Part shown: positions 1-11,372 of the stretch, piece after piece
How positions within the stretch are numbered: position 1 is the first letter of the stretch
How the letters are laid out: each line of letters starts with the position of its first letter
Assembly: GCA_963747095.1 (NCBI GenBank)
Contig: CAVVEL010000002.1
Span: 192,697-256,696 of the forward strand
Length of the DNA stretch: 64,000 nucleotides
Source: Terriglobia bacterium
Lineage (GTDB): Bacteria; Acidobacteriota; Terriglobia; JAJPHL01
Reading direction: 5' to 3'
The notes under the pieces: model-generated
Databases searched by the model: none
Told to the model about the DNA's origin: nothing
The model's input: only the letters and a program-made list of their open reading frames with translations
Position numbers and translations under genes: made by a program

Positions 1-1346
1 AGTTTTCTCACCACGCCGAAGGACGCCGGCGATCGTGGACGGTATCGAAGAAGCTGGAGGCCAGGGCACATCGGATGACCTGTTCGGCGGGCCGGTTATG
101 AACCGGTCGATCGAGCGCTACTGGAACATTGAGTTTCGGCCCGAACTGCCGGAAGTCCGAAGGCGAATTCGTCGAAGAATTGCGTGCCTTGCTGGAAGAA
201 TCGGTGCGCTTGCACCTGATGGCGGACGTGCCGCTCGGCGCGTTTCTCAGCGGCGGTCATTGATTCCAGCGCCGTGGTGGCGACAATGGCGCGACTCGCT
301 GCCCGGCCCGGTAAAGACATTTTCGATAGGCTTCAGAGGACGGTTTGCGAGAGCTTCAACGAATTCGAACACGCGCGCGCAGGTGGCCGACACTTTTCGG
401 CACTGAACATCGCGAGCTGATGCTGGCACCGAATGTCCTCGAGTACATTGAGGACATCGCCTGGTATCTGGACGAGCCGTTCGGCGACTCGTCGGCAATT
501 CCCACGTACATGGTTTCAAAGCTCGCGTCAGATCACGTCAAGGTCGTGCTTTCCGGTGACGGCGGCGACGAGTTGTTCGCCGGTTACGAGAAATATCTTG
601 TGGAAGCAGCAGGAGCGGCGCCGGTTCGCTCCCCGCGCCGTTGCGGAAGCTGATCGGGCGTGGCGGCGCAGCTACATTCCGGAAGACGTGCATGGCGCCA
701 ATTTTTTGCGGCACTTGGCGCTCTCCGGCCCCGCCGGCGGTATATCGATCCGAATACCCTCTTCCGCGCATACCAGAAGAAGAACCTGTTCACGCTCGAT
801 GCGGCGCGATGCATGGCTGACTACGATCCCGCGGCCGCCAAAGCTGCGAAGGGTTCGCGGAAGGCGCGGGCGACTGGCTGAGCGCCCTTCAGGTTCAGGA
901 CCTGAAGAGCTATCTGCCGCTCGATATTCTCACCAAGGTCGATCGCATGAGCATGGCGCACTCGATTGAAGCGCGGGTGCCCCTGCTCGATCATAAGCTG
1001 GTGGAATTTGCCGCGACCATCCCGCCGGAGATGCGGCTGAAGAACGGCGTAACGAAATACATCTTGAAGCAGGCCATGCGAGGCATTCTGCCCGAGCGGA
1101 TCATCGACCGGCCCAAGCAGGGCTTCGCGATTCCCCTGGGACGATGGTTTCGCGGGAAGCTGGGAAGCTTTGTCTCCGACCTGCTGTTGTCGCCTACAAG
1201 CCGGCAGCGTGGCATTTTCAACCCCCGATACATCGAGAAGCTCGCCGCCATGCATGCGGCGCGGCCGCAATCTGATGCAGCTATGGACGCTGATCTCCTT
1301 CGAAATGTGGTGCCGAAAGTTTCTCCGGATCAGCCGCGGCTCGAAT
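1..1346 (+). pseudogene. Asparagine synthase (glutamine-hydrolysing) paralog, 5'-truncated by window edge, reading frame switches several times
   Basis: Three frames together reconstruct AsnB motifs (LEESVRLHLMADVPLGAFLSGG; YIEDIAWYLDEPFGDSSAIPTYMVSKLASDHVKVVLSGDGGDELFAGYEKY; SMAHSIEARVPLLDHKLVEFAA...KQGFAIPLGRWFRG) paralogous to the intact copy at 5687..7625; no single ORF spans them. Confidence 0.6.
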
Positions 1347-1385
1347 AGCGCATCACGAACAGGCCGCACAGCGGAGGTGGCCACT

Positions 1386-2571
1386 ATGAAACAACAGCGG
1401 CCGGATCGGCCTGCTGAAGTTGTCGCCGTTTTTCCACTTCGGCGGCACCGAGCGGCAAGTGATGAATCTGCCGCATGGGCTGACCCGGAACGATTCGAAT
1501 TGCACATGGCGCTGCAACGGAAAGTCGGCGAGCTGTTGGAAGAAGCGAACGCGATGGGTGTCCCGGTGACTGAATACCCGATCGACAGTCTCTATAACGT
1601 CCGGTCTCTGCAGGCCCGCCTGCGCCTGGCGCGCTATTTGCGCGAACACTCCATCGAGATGGTGCACAGTTACGGATTCTATTCCAATCTCTTCGCGATC
1701 CCGCGCGCGCCTGGCCCGGCGTTCCCGTGGTTGTCGCATCCATTCGCGATTGCGGAGAGACGCTGACGCCCTTACAGAAGCGCGCCCAGAAAATGTTCTG
1801 TCGCATGGCCGATTGCATCCTGGCCAACGCGGAAGGCGTGCGCCGCTGGCTCATCCGCGAGGGATATCCGGCGCGGAAAATCCAGGTGATTCGCAACGGT
1901 ATCGTTGGACCGGCGCCGGTGGCCGGCGCGCGCCGCGGCTGGCTCCGTCAGGAACTTGGGGTTTCCCCGGACGCGCGGTTGATCGCGGTTTGCTCGCGTC
2001 TGAATCGTATGAAGGGCATAGAATACTTCATCGATGCCGCCGCCGTTCTCGCACCGCTCCGGCCCGACGTTCGATTCCTGATCGTCGGCGGCAACGGTCA
2101 TCGGACGGACGGCAGCTACCAAGGCGAGTTGGAACGCTATGCGGCGAGCCGGGGGCTGGAGAAACGCGTCATCTTCACTGGATTTCGCAACGACGTCGCG
2201 CGAGATGCTTCCGGAAATCGATATTTCCGTGCTGCCGTCGCTGAGCGAAGGCTTGTCCAACTCGCTGCTCGAAGCGATGGCGGCGGGTGTGCCGGTGATT
2301 GCCACCAAGGTTGGTGGAACGCCGGAGTTGGTGGAAGACGGCGCGACGGGCCTGCTCGTTCCTCCGCGTGATTCGGTGGCGCTGGGTCAGGCCATGACCC
2401 TGTTGTTAGATAACCCGGAGACGGCGCGGCGCATCGGCGACACGGCGCGGAGCGACGTGACATCACGCTTCTCCGTTCAACAAGATGGTTCGCGATACGC
2501 AGTCCCTGTACGCCAAACTGCTCAGCGGCAGCCGTGCTCGCATGGGCCACCGAGAGGTGGCCATGTTATGA
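1386..2571 (+). CDS. Glycosyltransferase family 4 (GT1 superfamily), apparent frameshifts near ~1440, ~1740 and ~2487
   Basis: ATG 1386; GT4-like N-terminus (FGGTERQVMNL), EX7E-type C-terminal half (SEGLSNSLLEAMAAGVPVIATKVGGTPELV), typical GT4 ending (RFSVQQMVRDTQSLYAKLL) in a third frame; stop TGA 2569..2571 overlaps next start (ATGTTATGA). Confidence 0.6.
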
Positions 2572-3720
2572 AAATCGTCCTGGTTGGTCCGTACCCGCCG
2601 CCGCATGGCGGCATCTCTGTCCATCTCTACAAGGTTCGCCAGCAACTCCACAAAAGGGGGATCCATTGCCGTGTGGTCAACGTGGATCCCCGAGCCTGGG
2701 AGAGCGACCAATACATCACGGTTCGCGGCGGCATGGGGCTGTTCTTCAAACTTTTCAGTTTTGCCAGAAGAGGATGGACCTCGCACGTCCATACCAACGG
2801 ACACAACATCAAGAGTTGGCTGATTGCGCTGACCGCCGGATTAGCGGGACTGCCGGGGCCAGGAAATGCGCTCACGTTGCATTCGGGTTTAGTGCCGGAA
2901 TATCTTGCGCCGGGTAGGTTCTTTGCACGCGGCCTCGCGCGCCTCTCGTGCTTGTTCTACGCCCGGGTGATTGCGGTATCGCCAAAGATACAGGATGCGC
3001 TGATATCGGCGGGCGTCTCCGCCACTCGGATCATGGTGCTGCCGTCGTTTCTTCCCGCAAGACCTCCGGCCGATCGTTACCCATTACCCACGGCTGAAGG
3101 CCGCAGGCCGATCTTAGGAACCACGCTCTTCTTCCGTCCCGAATATGGTTTCCCGCTCCTAGTTGAAGCGGTGGATCAACTTCGCCGCCGGCATCCCGCG
3201 ATCGCTTGCCTGGTGATGGGCAGCGGCGAGCAGCAGGTTGAACGCCGAACAACTCCTGGCACAGCGCGGGTTGCGAAAGTTCATTTTCTTTCTCGGCAAT
3301 ATGGAGCACGAGAAGTGTCTGTCGGTGATCTCGCAATGCGACCTGTTTGTCCGGCCGGCATTGGCGGATGGCGACGCCAACTGTGTTCGCGAGGCCCTGG
3401 CGTTGGGAATTCCGGTGGTCGCCAGCACGGCGGGCTATCGGCCGGCCGAGGCGGTTTTATTCGAGTCGGGTAATGTGAACGATTTGGTCTTGAAGATCGA
3501 CGAAACGTTGTCGCGACCACTGGCCGTGGCGCCGTGCGGGCCGACCGCCAGCGAATGGGGAGCCGGACTTCGCCTGGATGGCGCCGGCGAATCGGGAGGC
3601 GGACTTCGCCTGGATGGCGCCGGCGCCGGCATCCAGCGCTTGATCGACATTTACGCGTCACTGCAAGAGGAAGGATCCGATGGGAATACTCAGCCGCTTA
3701 CGCCACATGCCCGCTCGTGA
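2568..3720 (+). CDS. Glycosyltransferase family 4, apparent frameshift ~3240; C-terminus carries 1.8 copies of the 36-bp dispersed repeat
   Basis: MKIVLVGPYPPPHGGISVHLYKV start with upstream GAGAGGTGG; C-terminal GT4 half (CDLFVRPALADGDANCVREALALGIPVVAS); repeat translated GAGLRLDGAGESGGGLRLDGAG. Confidence 0.65.
3565..3630. repeat. 36-bp dispersed repeat, ~1.8 tandem copies (reverse orientation relative to 21805..21920), in-frame inside GT4 CDS
   Basis: ggacttcgcctggatggcgccggcgaatcgggaggc x1 + partial; reverse complement of the unit at 21805..21920. Confidence 0.85.
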
Positions 3721-5735
3721 AATCGGATTTCGCTTGCGGGAGCTCGTTCTGCTCGAAACAGAGCGGATCCGGCACGGGCTGAGCTTCGAAGGGTCCGCGC
3801 TGGAAAGCGCGCGGCTGGAGTCCCTCGCGACACGATTCTATATTTCGTCTGAAGAGCGCAAGACGCTGCCGTCCTTCGTGCGAGCTAATTTTCCGGAGTG
3901 GGTCAGGAACGCGATCACCGAAGCCGATGCGCTCTGCGATCATCGCGTGGAGCTGCTGGGTTACGGCACCGTGGAGCTTGACGCACACATCAACTGGCAC
4001 CGCGATCCGGTAACGGGCGTCGAGTGGCCTCGCCGATTTTGGGCCGACTACGATCCCGTGCGGGATCTCGCGCACGGCGATTCGAAAACGATTCATGAGT
4101 TGAATCGCCACCAACATCTGCCGCGGCTGGGCAAGGCTTACTTTCTTACCGGCGACGAGCGCTACGCCATCGAAGCGATCGATCAGATGGAGAGTTGGAT
4201 CGACCAGAATCCGGAAGGCGTCGGCATCAACTGGCAATCGAGCCTGGAGATTGCCATCCGCGCATTGTCTTGGCTCTGGACCATCTTCTTTCTGCTGCCA
4301 TCGCCGGCGTTCACCGATGATGTCTCGCGCCGCGTGAGGCAGTCCCTGTTCGCACAACTCCGCCACGTGTATCGCTATCCGTCGGTTTACAGCAGTCCCA
4401 ATACTCACTTGATTGGCGAAGCGGCGGCGTTGTTCATTGGCGGATTGCTCCTGGACGGGACGGCGGAAACTCGCACATGGCGCGATGTAGGTGCGGACCT
4501 GCTGGTCCGCACCGTTCACGACCAAGTCCTCGACGACGGCGTGCATTGTGAGTTGAGCACCGGCTACCATTGCTATGCCGCCGACTTCTACCTGCAGGCT
4601 TTGATCCTCGCCCGCCGGAATCACTTTGAGTTTGCCCCGGTGGTCGCGCGCAAAGTCGAACACATGCTGGAGTTCGTGATGCACGTCTCCCGAGCCGACG
4701 GCTCCATTCCGCAATTGGGCGACGACGATGGCGGCAGCAGCTCTGGCCCTGAACGCCCAAGATTATCGCTGCTATTCGGACGGTCTCGCGATGGGGGCAG
4801 TGCTTTTCGGTCGCCCGGATTTCAAGTGGCAGTCGCGCGGGTTTCCGGAAGAAACGTTCTGGCTGCTGGGCCGCGACGCCTGCGCCCTCTACGCAACCCT
4901 TCCAGTTACGGAACCTCACGGCAAGAGCCAGGCCTTCCAAGCAGCCGGATATTTTGTGCATCGCACGGGATGGACGGAGCGCGACAGTCACGCCGTATTC
5001 GATCGCGGCGGCATGGGCGCGCCGACCGGCGGTCATGGCCACGCCGATGCGCTGTCGCTGGTGCTTTTTTCCGGCGGCCGCGATCTGCTGATCGATTCCG
5101 GCACTTTTGTCTACAATGGCGCGGCGGAATCGCGCGAATACTTCCGTTCCACCCGTGCCCACAACACCGTGGTGGTGGACGGCCGCGACCAATCGGAGCA
5201 GGCCGGAACATTTCAATGGAAGAGTCGCGCGACTGTGCGCGAGTTGACGCGATCGCCGATTGGCGACCAGACGTCGGCCGGTGAACACGGCGGCTACCTA
5301 CGGCTATCGTCTCCCATATCGCACAGGCGCCGAGTGTCATTCGGCGCAGACGGCGCTTGCGTGGTTGTCGATGAATTGCTGGGCACGGGAGTTCATACCT
5401 TCGATTTTCTCTGCCACTTTCCGCCAGGCGCGGACGTGCAGATTACCTCGGAATCGCCCTTGCGGTTCGAAGTGACGGTGACTTTAGATCACACGGAAGC
5501 GTTGCTGATCCTTTGCACGACGGCTCCGGGCGCAGCGGATGTGATCGAGGGCTGGATTTCGCCTCGCTACGGCCAGCGCAAACTGGCGAGTGTCCTGCGC
5601 GTGAGAGTGACGACTACCGCGCCCTTGTTCGCTTCAACGTCGATCGGGGCCTTTGCCCGGAAAATGGGCCAGAAAGGAGTGGGGCGATGTGTGGAATCTG
5701 CGGAATTGTTAAGTTCGATGTCAACGACTCGGTAG
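3680..5735 (+). CDS. Heparinase II/III-like (alginate-lyase fold) polysaccharide lyase family protein, apparent frameshift ~4730; true stop probably before 5687
   Basis: 534-aa ORF plus continuing 335-aa ORF in another frame; motifs INWHRDPVTGVEWP, NWQSSLEIAIRALSWLW, HCELSTGYHCYAADFY, GHGHADALSLVLFSGGRDLLIDSGTFVYN typical of heparinase II/III-like proteins. Confidence 0.6.
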
Positions 5736-7625
5736 ACATGGGGCTGCTGGAGGCCATGACCGATCGCATCTCGCACCGCGGTCCGGACGACTTCGGCTAT
5801 TTTCTCGACGGCCAAGCCGGCCTGGGACATCGCCGCCTCAGCATCATCGACCTGGGCGGTGGGCGGCAGCCGATCTTCAATGAAGACGGCTCCATCGTCG
5901 TCGTCTTTAACGGCGAAATCTACAACTATCAGGAAATCACCGCGGATTTGATTGCCCATGGCCACGTCTTTCGCACACATTCCGATACCGAGGTAATCGT
6001 CCACGCCTACGAGCAATACGGCGACAACTGCGTTGACCTGTTCCGCGGGATGTTCGCGTTCGCGCTGTGGGATTGCCGGCGCCATCGTCTGCTGCTGGTG
6101 CGCGATCGCCTGGGAATCAAACCCGTGTACTACTATCACGGCCGCGACTCGTTGCTGTTCGCCTCGGAAATCAAGTCGCTGCTGGAATTGCCGGAAGTCC
6201 CGCGCGAAGTGGATGAGACGGCGCTGGGCCTCTATCTTTCGCAACGTTACGTGCCGGGGCCGCGCACGATGTTCAAGAACATCTTCAAGCTGCAACCCGG
6301 TCACTTGATGGTGGTGGAATCGGGCCATGTCCGCAATCCGCAAGTACTGGGATGTACCGTACTCCGCCGGGAGCGAGGGCAAGAGCGATCCGGCGCAGTT
6401 CGAGAGTCTGCTGGAAGAAAGCGTTCGCCTGCGATTGATCGCCGAAGTGCCGCTCGGCGTCTTTCTCAGCGGCGGACTTGATTCCAGCGCGATCCTCGCG
6501 ATGATGAGCCGCATCCGCCAAGGTGGCCCGATCCAGACCTTTTGCGTCGGCTACGAATCGCCAGGCGGGGCGGACCGCGACAACGAGTTCACCTATGCGC
6601 GCGAGGTCGCGCAGGCCTTCGGGGCCGATCATCACGAGTTTACGCTCAGCGCGGATGACTTCCGCGACTTCATCCCGCAACTGGTCTGGCATCTGGACGA
6701 ACCACTGGCCGATCCGAGTTGCATACCGCTCTACTACATTTCGCGGCTGGCGCGGGAGCACATCACCGTGGTGCTGAGCGGCGAAGGCGCGGACGAGATC
6801 TTAGGTGGATACGGCATCTATTCCAAGATGCTGGCGATCGAGAAGTTGAGGCGGATTCCCGGCGCGGGTCCGATGGCCGGTCTGTTCGCGCGACGCTTTG
6901 GGGAGGGCCGCTACCACGACATCTTGCGCCTGGCCGCCCTGCCGCTGCAGCGGCGCTATCGCGGCGTATCGCGCGGATTCCGTCCCGCGTTGCAAGCGCG
7001 CCTGACGGGACAGACGGATTGGAATGGCGCCCTTGACGAGATCTACGCGCCCCTGTTTGAAACCGTCTCGAGCGCCTCGGCTCTCGATCGGATGCTCTAC
7101 GCAGACGGCAAAGTGTGGCTCCCCGACGACTTGCTTCTGAAAGCCGACAAGATGACCATGGCCAACGCCTTGGAGTTGCGCGTGCCATTCCTGGATCATA
7201 AGCTGGTGGAATTCGCGGCCCAGCTTCCCCAGGAGATGAAACTGCGCGGCGGCACCGGCAAGGTGCTCTTACGGAAGATCATGAAGGACATGCTGCCTGC
7301 TTCTGTTCTGCATCGGCCCAAGAAGGGTTTTCCCGTTCCAACCATGAGCTGGCTCCGCGGCCCGCTGAAAGAGTTCACTCGAGAGACGCTTCTGGCGTCG
7401 GAATCCGCCTGCCACAATTACTTCGATCCGCAAGTCTTGCGGGACATTGTTGACCGCCACGAGGCCCATGGCGATCGGCAGCAGGAAGTCTGGGCGCTTC
7501 TGGTCTTCGAACACTGGCATCGTGCTTTCGTTCCAGCAGCGCAGCCGCGTGAACGAATGAGCCGTTTAGCTCAGAGCAGCGAGCCGCCCGGAACTGACTC
7601 GTTGATTCGCAACACATATATTTGA
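5687..7625 (+). CDS. asnB: Asparagine synthase (glutamine-hydrolysing), AsnB family amidotransferase; apparent frameshift ~6320
   Basis: MCGICGIVKF N-terminal nucleophile start with AGGAG RBS; GATase domain (RGPDDFGYFLDG...RLSIIDL), synthetase PP-loop (VPLGVFLSGGLDSSAI), C-terminal AsnB region; two ORFs in different frames. Confidence 0.8.
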
Positions 7626-7653
7626 CGTGCTAGTGAAATGGGAGAACTCACAT

Positions 7654-9464
7654 ATGAAACACTGGTCTGAACTAGGCGCCTTGATACTGGTGGGAATTCT
7701 GATCGCCGCGACGGCAGGCGCTTCGGCGCAAACGATATCCACGATTGCCGGTAACGGGACGATCGGATTCGCCGGCGATAACGGGCTGGCGACTTCCGCG
7801 ATGTTGAATCATCCGAAAGGCATAGCCTCCGACGCGGCCGGCAATCTCTATATCGCCGACCTGGACAACTCCCGCATTCGAAAGATCGGCGTGAGCGGAA
7901 TTATCACCACGGTGGCCGGAACGGGGGTGGCCGGCTACTCCGGCGACAACGGCCCCGCCGTCGCCGCGATGCTGAATAGTCCGCAGGCAGTGGCCTTCGA
8001 CGCGGCCGGCGATCTCATCATCGCCGACACGCAGAATCGCGTCATTCGCAAAGTGGATTTGTTTGGCATCATCACGACGATCGCGGGTACACCGGGAACG
8101 GAAGGATATTCCGGAGACGGCGGTCCCGCGACACTGGCCATGCTGCACCAGCCCGTGGATCTGGCGGTGGACAACGCCGGCATCATCTACTTCGCCGATA
8201 GCAGCGGCAACCGGGTTCGCCGGATCGACACCAATGGGATCATCACCACCGTTGCCGGTAATGGAAACGGCGGCTATTCCGGCGACGGCGGTCCGTCGTC
8301 TTCCGCGCAATTGGGCACTCCGGTCAGCGTCGCTTTTGACACCGCCAATAACCTCTACATCGCGGACAGCGACAACTTCCGCATTCGCATGGTCACTCCC
8401 GGCGGAATCATCAGCACGTTCGCCGGTAACGGAACCGAGGGATTCACGGGCGACGGTGGTCCGGCGACCGCGGCGACGATCAACTATCCCTATGGCGTCC
8501 GCGTGGATTCGCAAAACCGCCTCTTTATCGCCGACACCTCGAACAATCGGATTCGCTTCGTTTCGAACGGCGTGATCTTGACGCTGGCCGGCACCGGCGT
8601 CGATGGGTTCTCGGGCGACGGCGGCTTGTCAGTCAACGCCATGCTCAGCTTCCCCTGGTCCCTGGGGCTGGATCCCTCCGGGGCGGTGCTGATCGGCGAC
8701 CGCGTGAACGAGCGCGTCCGCAGGGTTTCTTGGGCCGCTACCCTCAGCCCCCGGCCATGAACGCCAACGGCACGGTCAACGGCGCGAGCTTTGTGCCCGC
8801 TCTCAATGCCAATGGCGCGATCGCGCCAGGGAGCATCGTGGCTCTCTTCGGCTCCAATCTGGCCAGCACAACGGCGGGCGCGAAGGGCGTGCCGCTTCCC
8901 AACATCCTATCGGACGCCAGTGTCACCATGAACGGAATCGCCGTGCCGCTTTTCTACGTAGCCGGCGGCCAAATCAACGCCCAGGTTCCTTTTGAGATTC
9001 CCACGGGCAACGTATCGGTTCAAGTCAGCCGCGGATCCCAGGCGACCGTCGCACAGAATGCCATCGTGGCCGCGGTTTCACCCGGGGTCTTCACCTTGAA
9101 TGCGCAAGGAACGGGCGATGGTGCGTTTCTCCACGCCACCAACTATCAGCCGGTGAATGCCCTCAATCCGGCAGTGGCCAGTGAGACCATTCTGATCTAT
9201 TGCACCGGCTTGGGCGCGACCAATCCGAAAGTGGCCAGCGGCAGCGCGCCGCCCTCCAACCAGACGGCGGTGGCAATCGCAACCGCCACGGTGGCCATCG
9301 GCGGCAGATCGTCTTTTGTGTCGTTTGCCGGGCTGGCTCCGGGATTCGTGGGTCTCTACCAGATTAACGCGCAGATTCCGGCGGGACTGCCCGCCGGCTC
9401 GCAGCAAGTGACGGTTCAGATGAACGGGATTTCGAGCAACGTCACAACCATAACGACGCGCTAG
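7654..9464 (+). CDS. Secreted NHL-repeat beta-propeller protein fused (after apparent frameshift ~8740) to Solibacter-type C-terminal domain
   Basis: Signal peptide MKHWSELGALILVGILIAATAGASA; six NHL blades (IAGNGTIGFAGDNG...LNHPKGIA...NLYIADLDNSRIRKI); C-terminal PLFYVAGGQINAQVPFEIP...IYCTGLGA...FAGLAPGFVGLYQINAQIPAGLP module shared with three other proteins in window. Confidence 0.65.
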
Positions 9465-9479
9465 ACCAAAGGATTCGCC

Positions 9480-10046
9480 ATGAGCATATTGATCGGACTC
9501 TTCGCATTACTTCTTCAGGCGCCGGTGCCCGCGCCGGCGCCCGCTGCTCCGGGCACGGCCTTTGGTGAAGCGGAGTATCTCCTGGGACCAGAGGACGTTC
9601 TGTCGGTGTTCGTGTGGAAGCAGCCGGACTTGTCCACCACCGTGGTCATCCGTCCCGACCGCAAGATCTCCCTGCCGCTGCTCGGCGAGATCGAAGCCGC
9701 GGGCAAGACGGCCGGCCAGTTGCAAACGGAAATCGCCGCGCAACTGCGCCAGTTCGTGGTCGATCCCCACGTCAATGTGATGGTCAAGGAAATCAACAGC
9801 CCGGTCATTTCGGTGCTGGGGCAGGTTCGCAAGCCGGACCGTTATCACATCCGCCAGCGAGTCACGGCTCTGGACGCCATCGCCATGGCCGGCGGATTCA
9901 CGGAATTCGCCAAGCGCGACAAGGTCACCATCATCCGGAATAGCGGTACGGAGAAGATCCGCATACAAATCGATTTGAAGAAGGTCGTTTCCGGGCACGG
10001 CGATGTCTACTACCTGGAGCCGCTTGACACGATCTATGTGCAGTAA
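9480..10046 (+). CDS. Polysaccharide export protein, Wza/EpsE-like (Poly_export + SLBB)
   Basis: Signal peptide; YLLGPEDVLSVFVW, LPLLGEIEAAGKTAGQLQTEIAAQL, VSVLGQVRKPDRY motifs typical of Wza periplasmic domains. Confidence 0.8.
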   Translation: MSILIGLFALLLQAPVPAPAPAAPGTAFGEAEYLLGPEDVLSVFVWKQPDLSTTVVIRPDRKISLPLLGEIEAAGKTAGQLQTEIAAQLRQFVVDPHVNVMVKEINSPVISVLGQVRKPDRYHIRQRVTALDAIAMAGGFTEFAKRDKVTIIRNSGTEKIRIQIDLKKVVSGHGDVYYLEPLDTIYVQ

Positions 10047-10054
10047 GGAACGCC

Positions 10055-11368
10055 ATGCGGAATAGTCAACGTCTTACAATGGTCTTTGGCATTGTGATCC
10101 TGTGTCTTGGCGCGTCCGCGGCGCGAGGGCAGGATCGCCCGGTGAATTTCTACCTGAACTCGCCGTTGACCGTTGAAACGGGCTTCGAGTCCGGCATCCC
10201 CTACGGCAACACTCGCTGGAATGCGCCCGCTACGATTGTGACTTTGCCGATGCTTTCCTTGATGCACATGTCGCCGATTAACGACTTCACGGTCTACTAC
10301 CAGCCTGAATTCGAGATTCTGCCTTCGCTCGGCCGCTTGAACAGCTTCAATCAAAGCGCCGGCCTGCATTGGATTGCCAACATCTCCGAACGCTGGAGTT
10401 TTACCGCCAACGACGTTTTCACGGGCACCGACGACCAGGGGCAAAAATTCGATAGCACGTTTTTGCTGCCGCGCGGGGCTTACAAGGACAACGGCTTCTA
10501 CTCCAGCTTGAACTTCGACATCACCCCGACCACACGGATCAAATTCCGCTATGAAACCGCTTTTGTCGATTTTTCCGCGGTGAATCTTGCCAAGCCGCTG
10601 TACTTCAGCCGGATCGGCAACACCGGCGGCATCACGGTGGATCATCATCTTTCCGAGCGCACCAAGCTGAGCGTGAGCTACGACTATCTTCGGGCGTTCT
10701 CTCTCGATAAGTACGACACCAGCGGCAACCTGATTCTGCCGTTTGCGCCTACGCAATTTGTCACCTCCACGTTCACCTTCAACGCCACGTCATCCCTGCT
10801 GATGGAAGTGACGGGAGGGTTTGTCCACAATCCGGCGAACTCCTACCTGGTAGGCGGCCTGGTGGAGAAGCACTTGCGGCATATGACGATCGCCGGCGGC
10901 TACAGCCGTTATCTCACTTTCGTGGGAGGCGCCACGGCCGCTTCCGTGGACTTGGCCGTTCCCGTGACCGCCGCGCAACTACTGCCGCCGAACAGTATCA
11001 GCAATACGGTCAGCTTTCGGACCCAAGGCTACTTCACGGATCACTGGGGTCTCGACACCACCATCATGGCGTCCAACACCGCCGGCACCACGAGCTACAC
11101 CACGCTGCGCAGCGCGATGGGCGGGGCGCGGTTGAACTACCGCATCTCCGACCACCTCACATTGTTCGCCGACGCCGGCCTCTATCGCCAGAACGCCAAC
11201 GTGATTCTGCCGGTGCCGATTTCGCGCGGCCGCTTCTTCGCCGGCATCTCCTACACCTTTTCGCCGACGCCCGATGAAATCGCCCGCCGCAAGGAGCAAG
11301 CCCGCAGCGGCGCGCAACCACAAGCGCCGCCTGTGGCCTCCGCGAATTCCGCGAGCAGGGAGAAGTAG
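10055..11368 (+). CDS. Outer-membrane beta-barrel protein of EPS export locus (EpsL-like candidate)
   Basis: Signal peptide, alternating amphipathic beta-strands, C-terminal aromatic residue pattern; position directly after Wza-like gene and before Wzc-like gene. Confidence 0.45.
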   Translation: MRNSQRLTMVFGIVILCLGASAARGQDRPVNFYLNSPLTVETGFESGIPYGNTRWNAPATIVTLPMLSLMHMSPINDFTVYYQPEFEILPSLGRLNSFNQSAGLHWIANISERWSFTANDVFTGTDDQGQKFDSTFLLPRGAYKDNGFYSSLNFDITPTTRIKFRYETAFVDFSAVNLAKPLYFSRIGNTGGITVDHHLSERTKLSVSYDYLRAFSLDKYDTSGNLILPFAPTQFVTSTFTFNATSSLLMEVTGGFVHNPANSYLVGGLVEKHLRHMTIAGGYSRYLTFVGGATAASVDLAVPVTAAQLLPPNSISNTVSFRTQGYFTDHWGLDTTIMASNTAGTTSYTTLRSAMGGARLNYRISDHLTLFADAGLYRQNANVILPVPISRGRFFAGISYTFSPTPDEIARRKEQARSGAQPQAPPVASANSASREK

Positions 11369-11372
11369 CGCC

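Noticed and set aside
3245-3265. TGGCACagcgcGGTTGC resembling a sigma-54 -24/-12 element
   Set aside because: Spacing between GG and GC is 12 rather than 10, and it lies inside the GT4 coding sequence.
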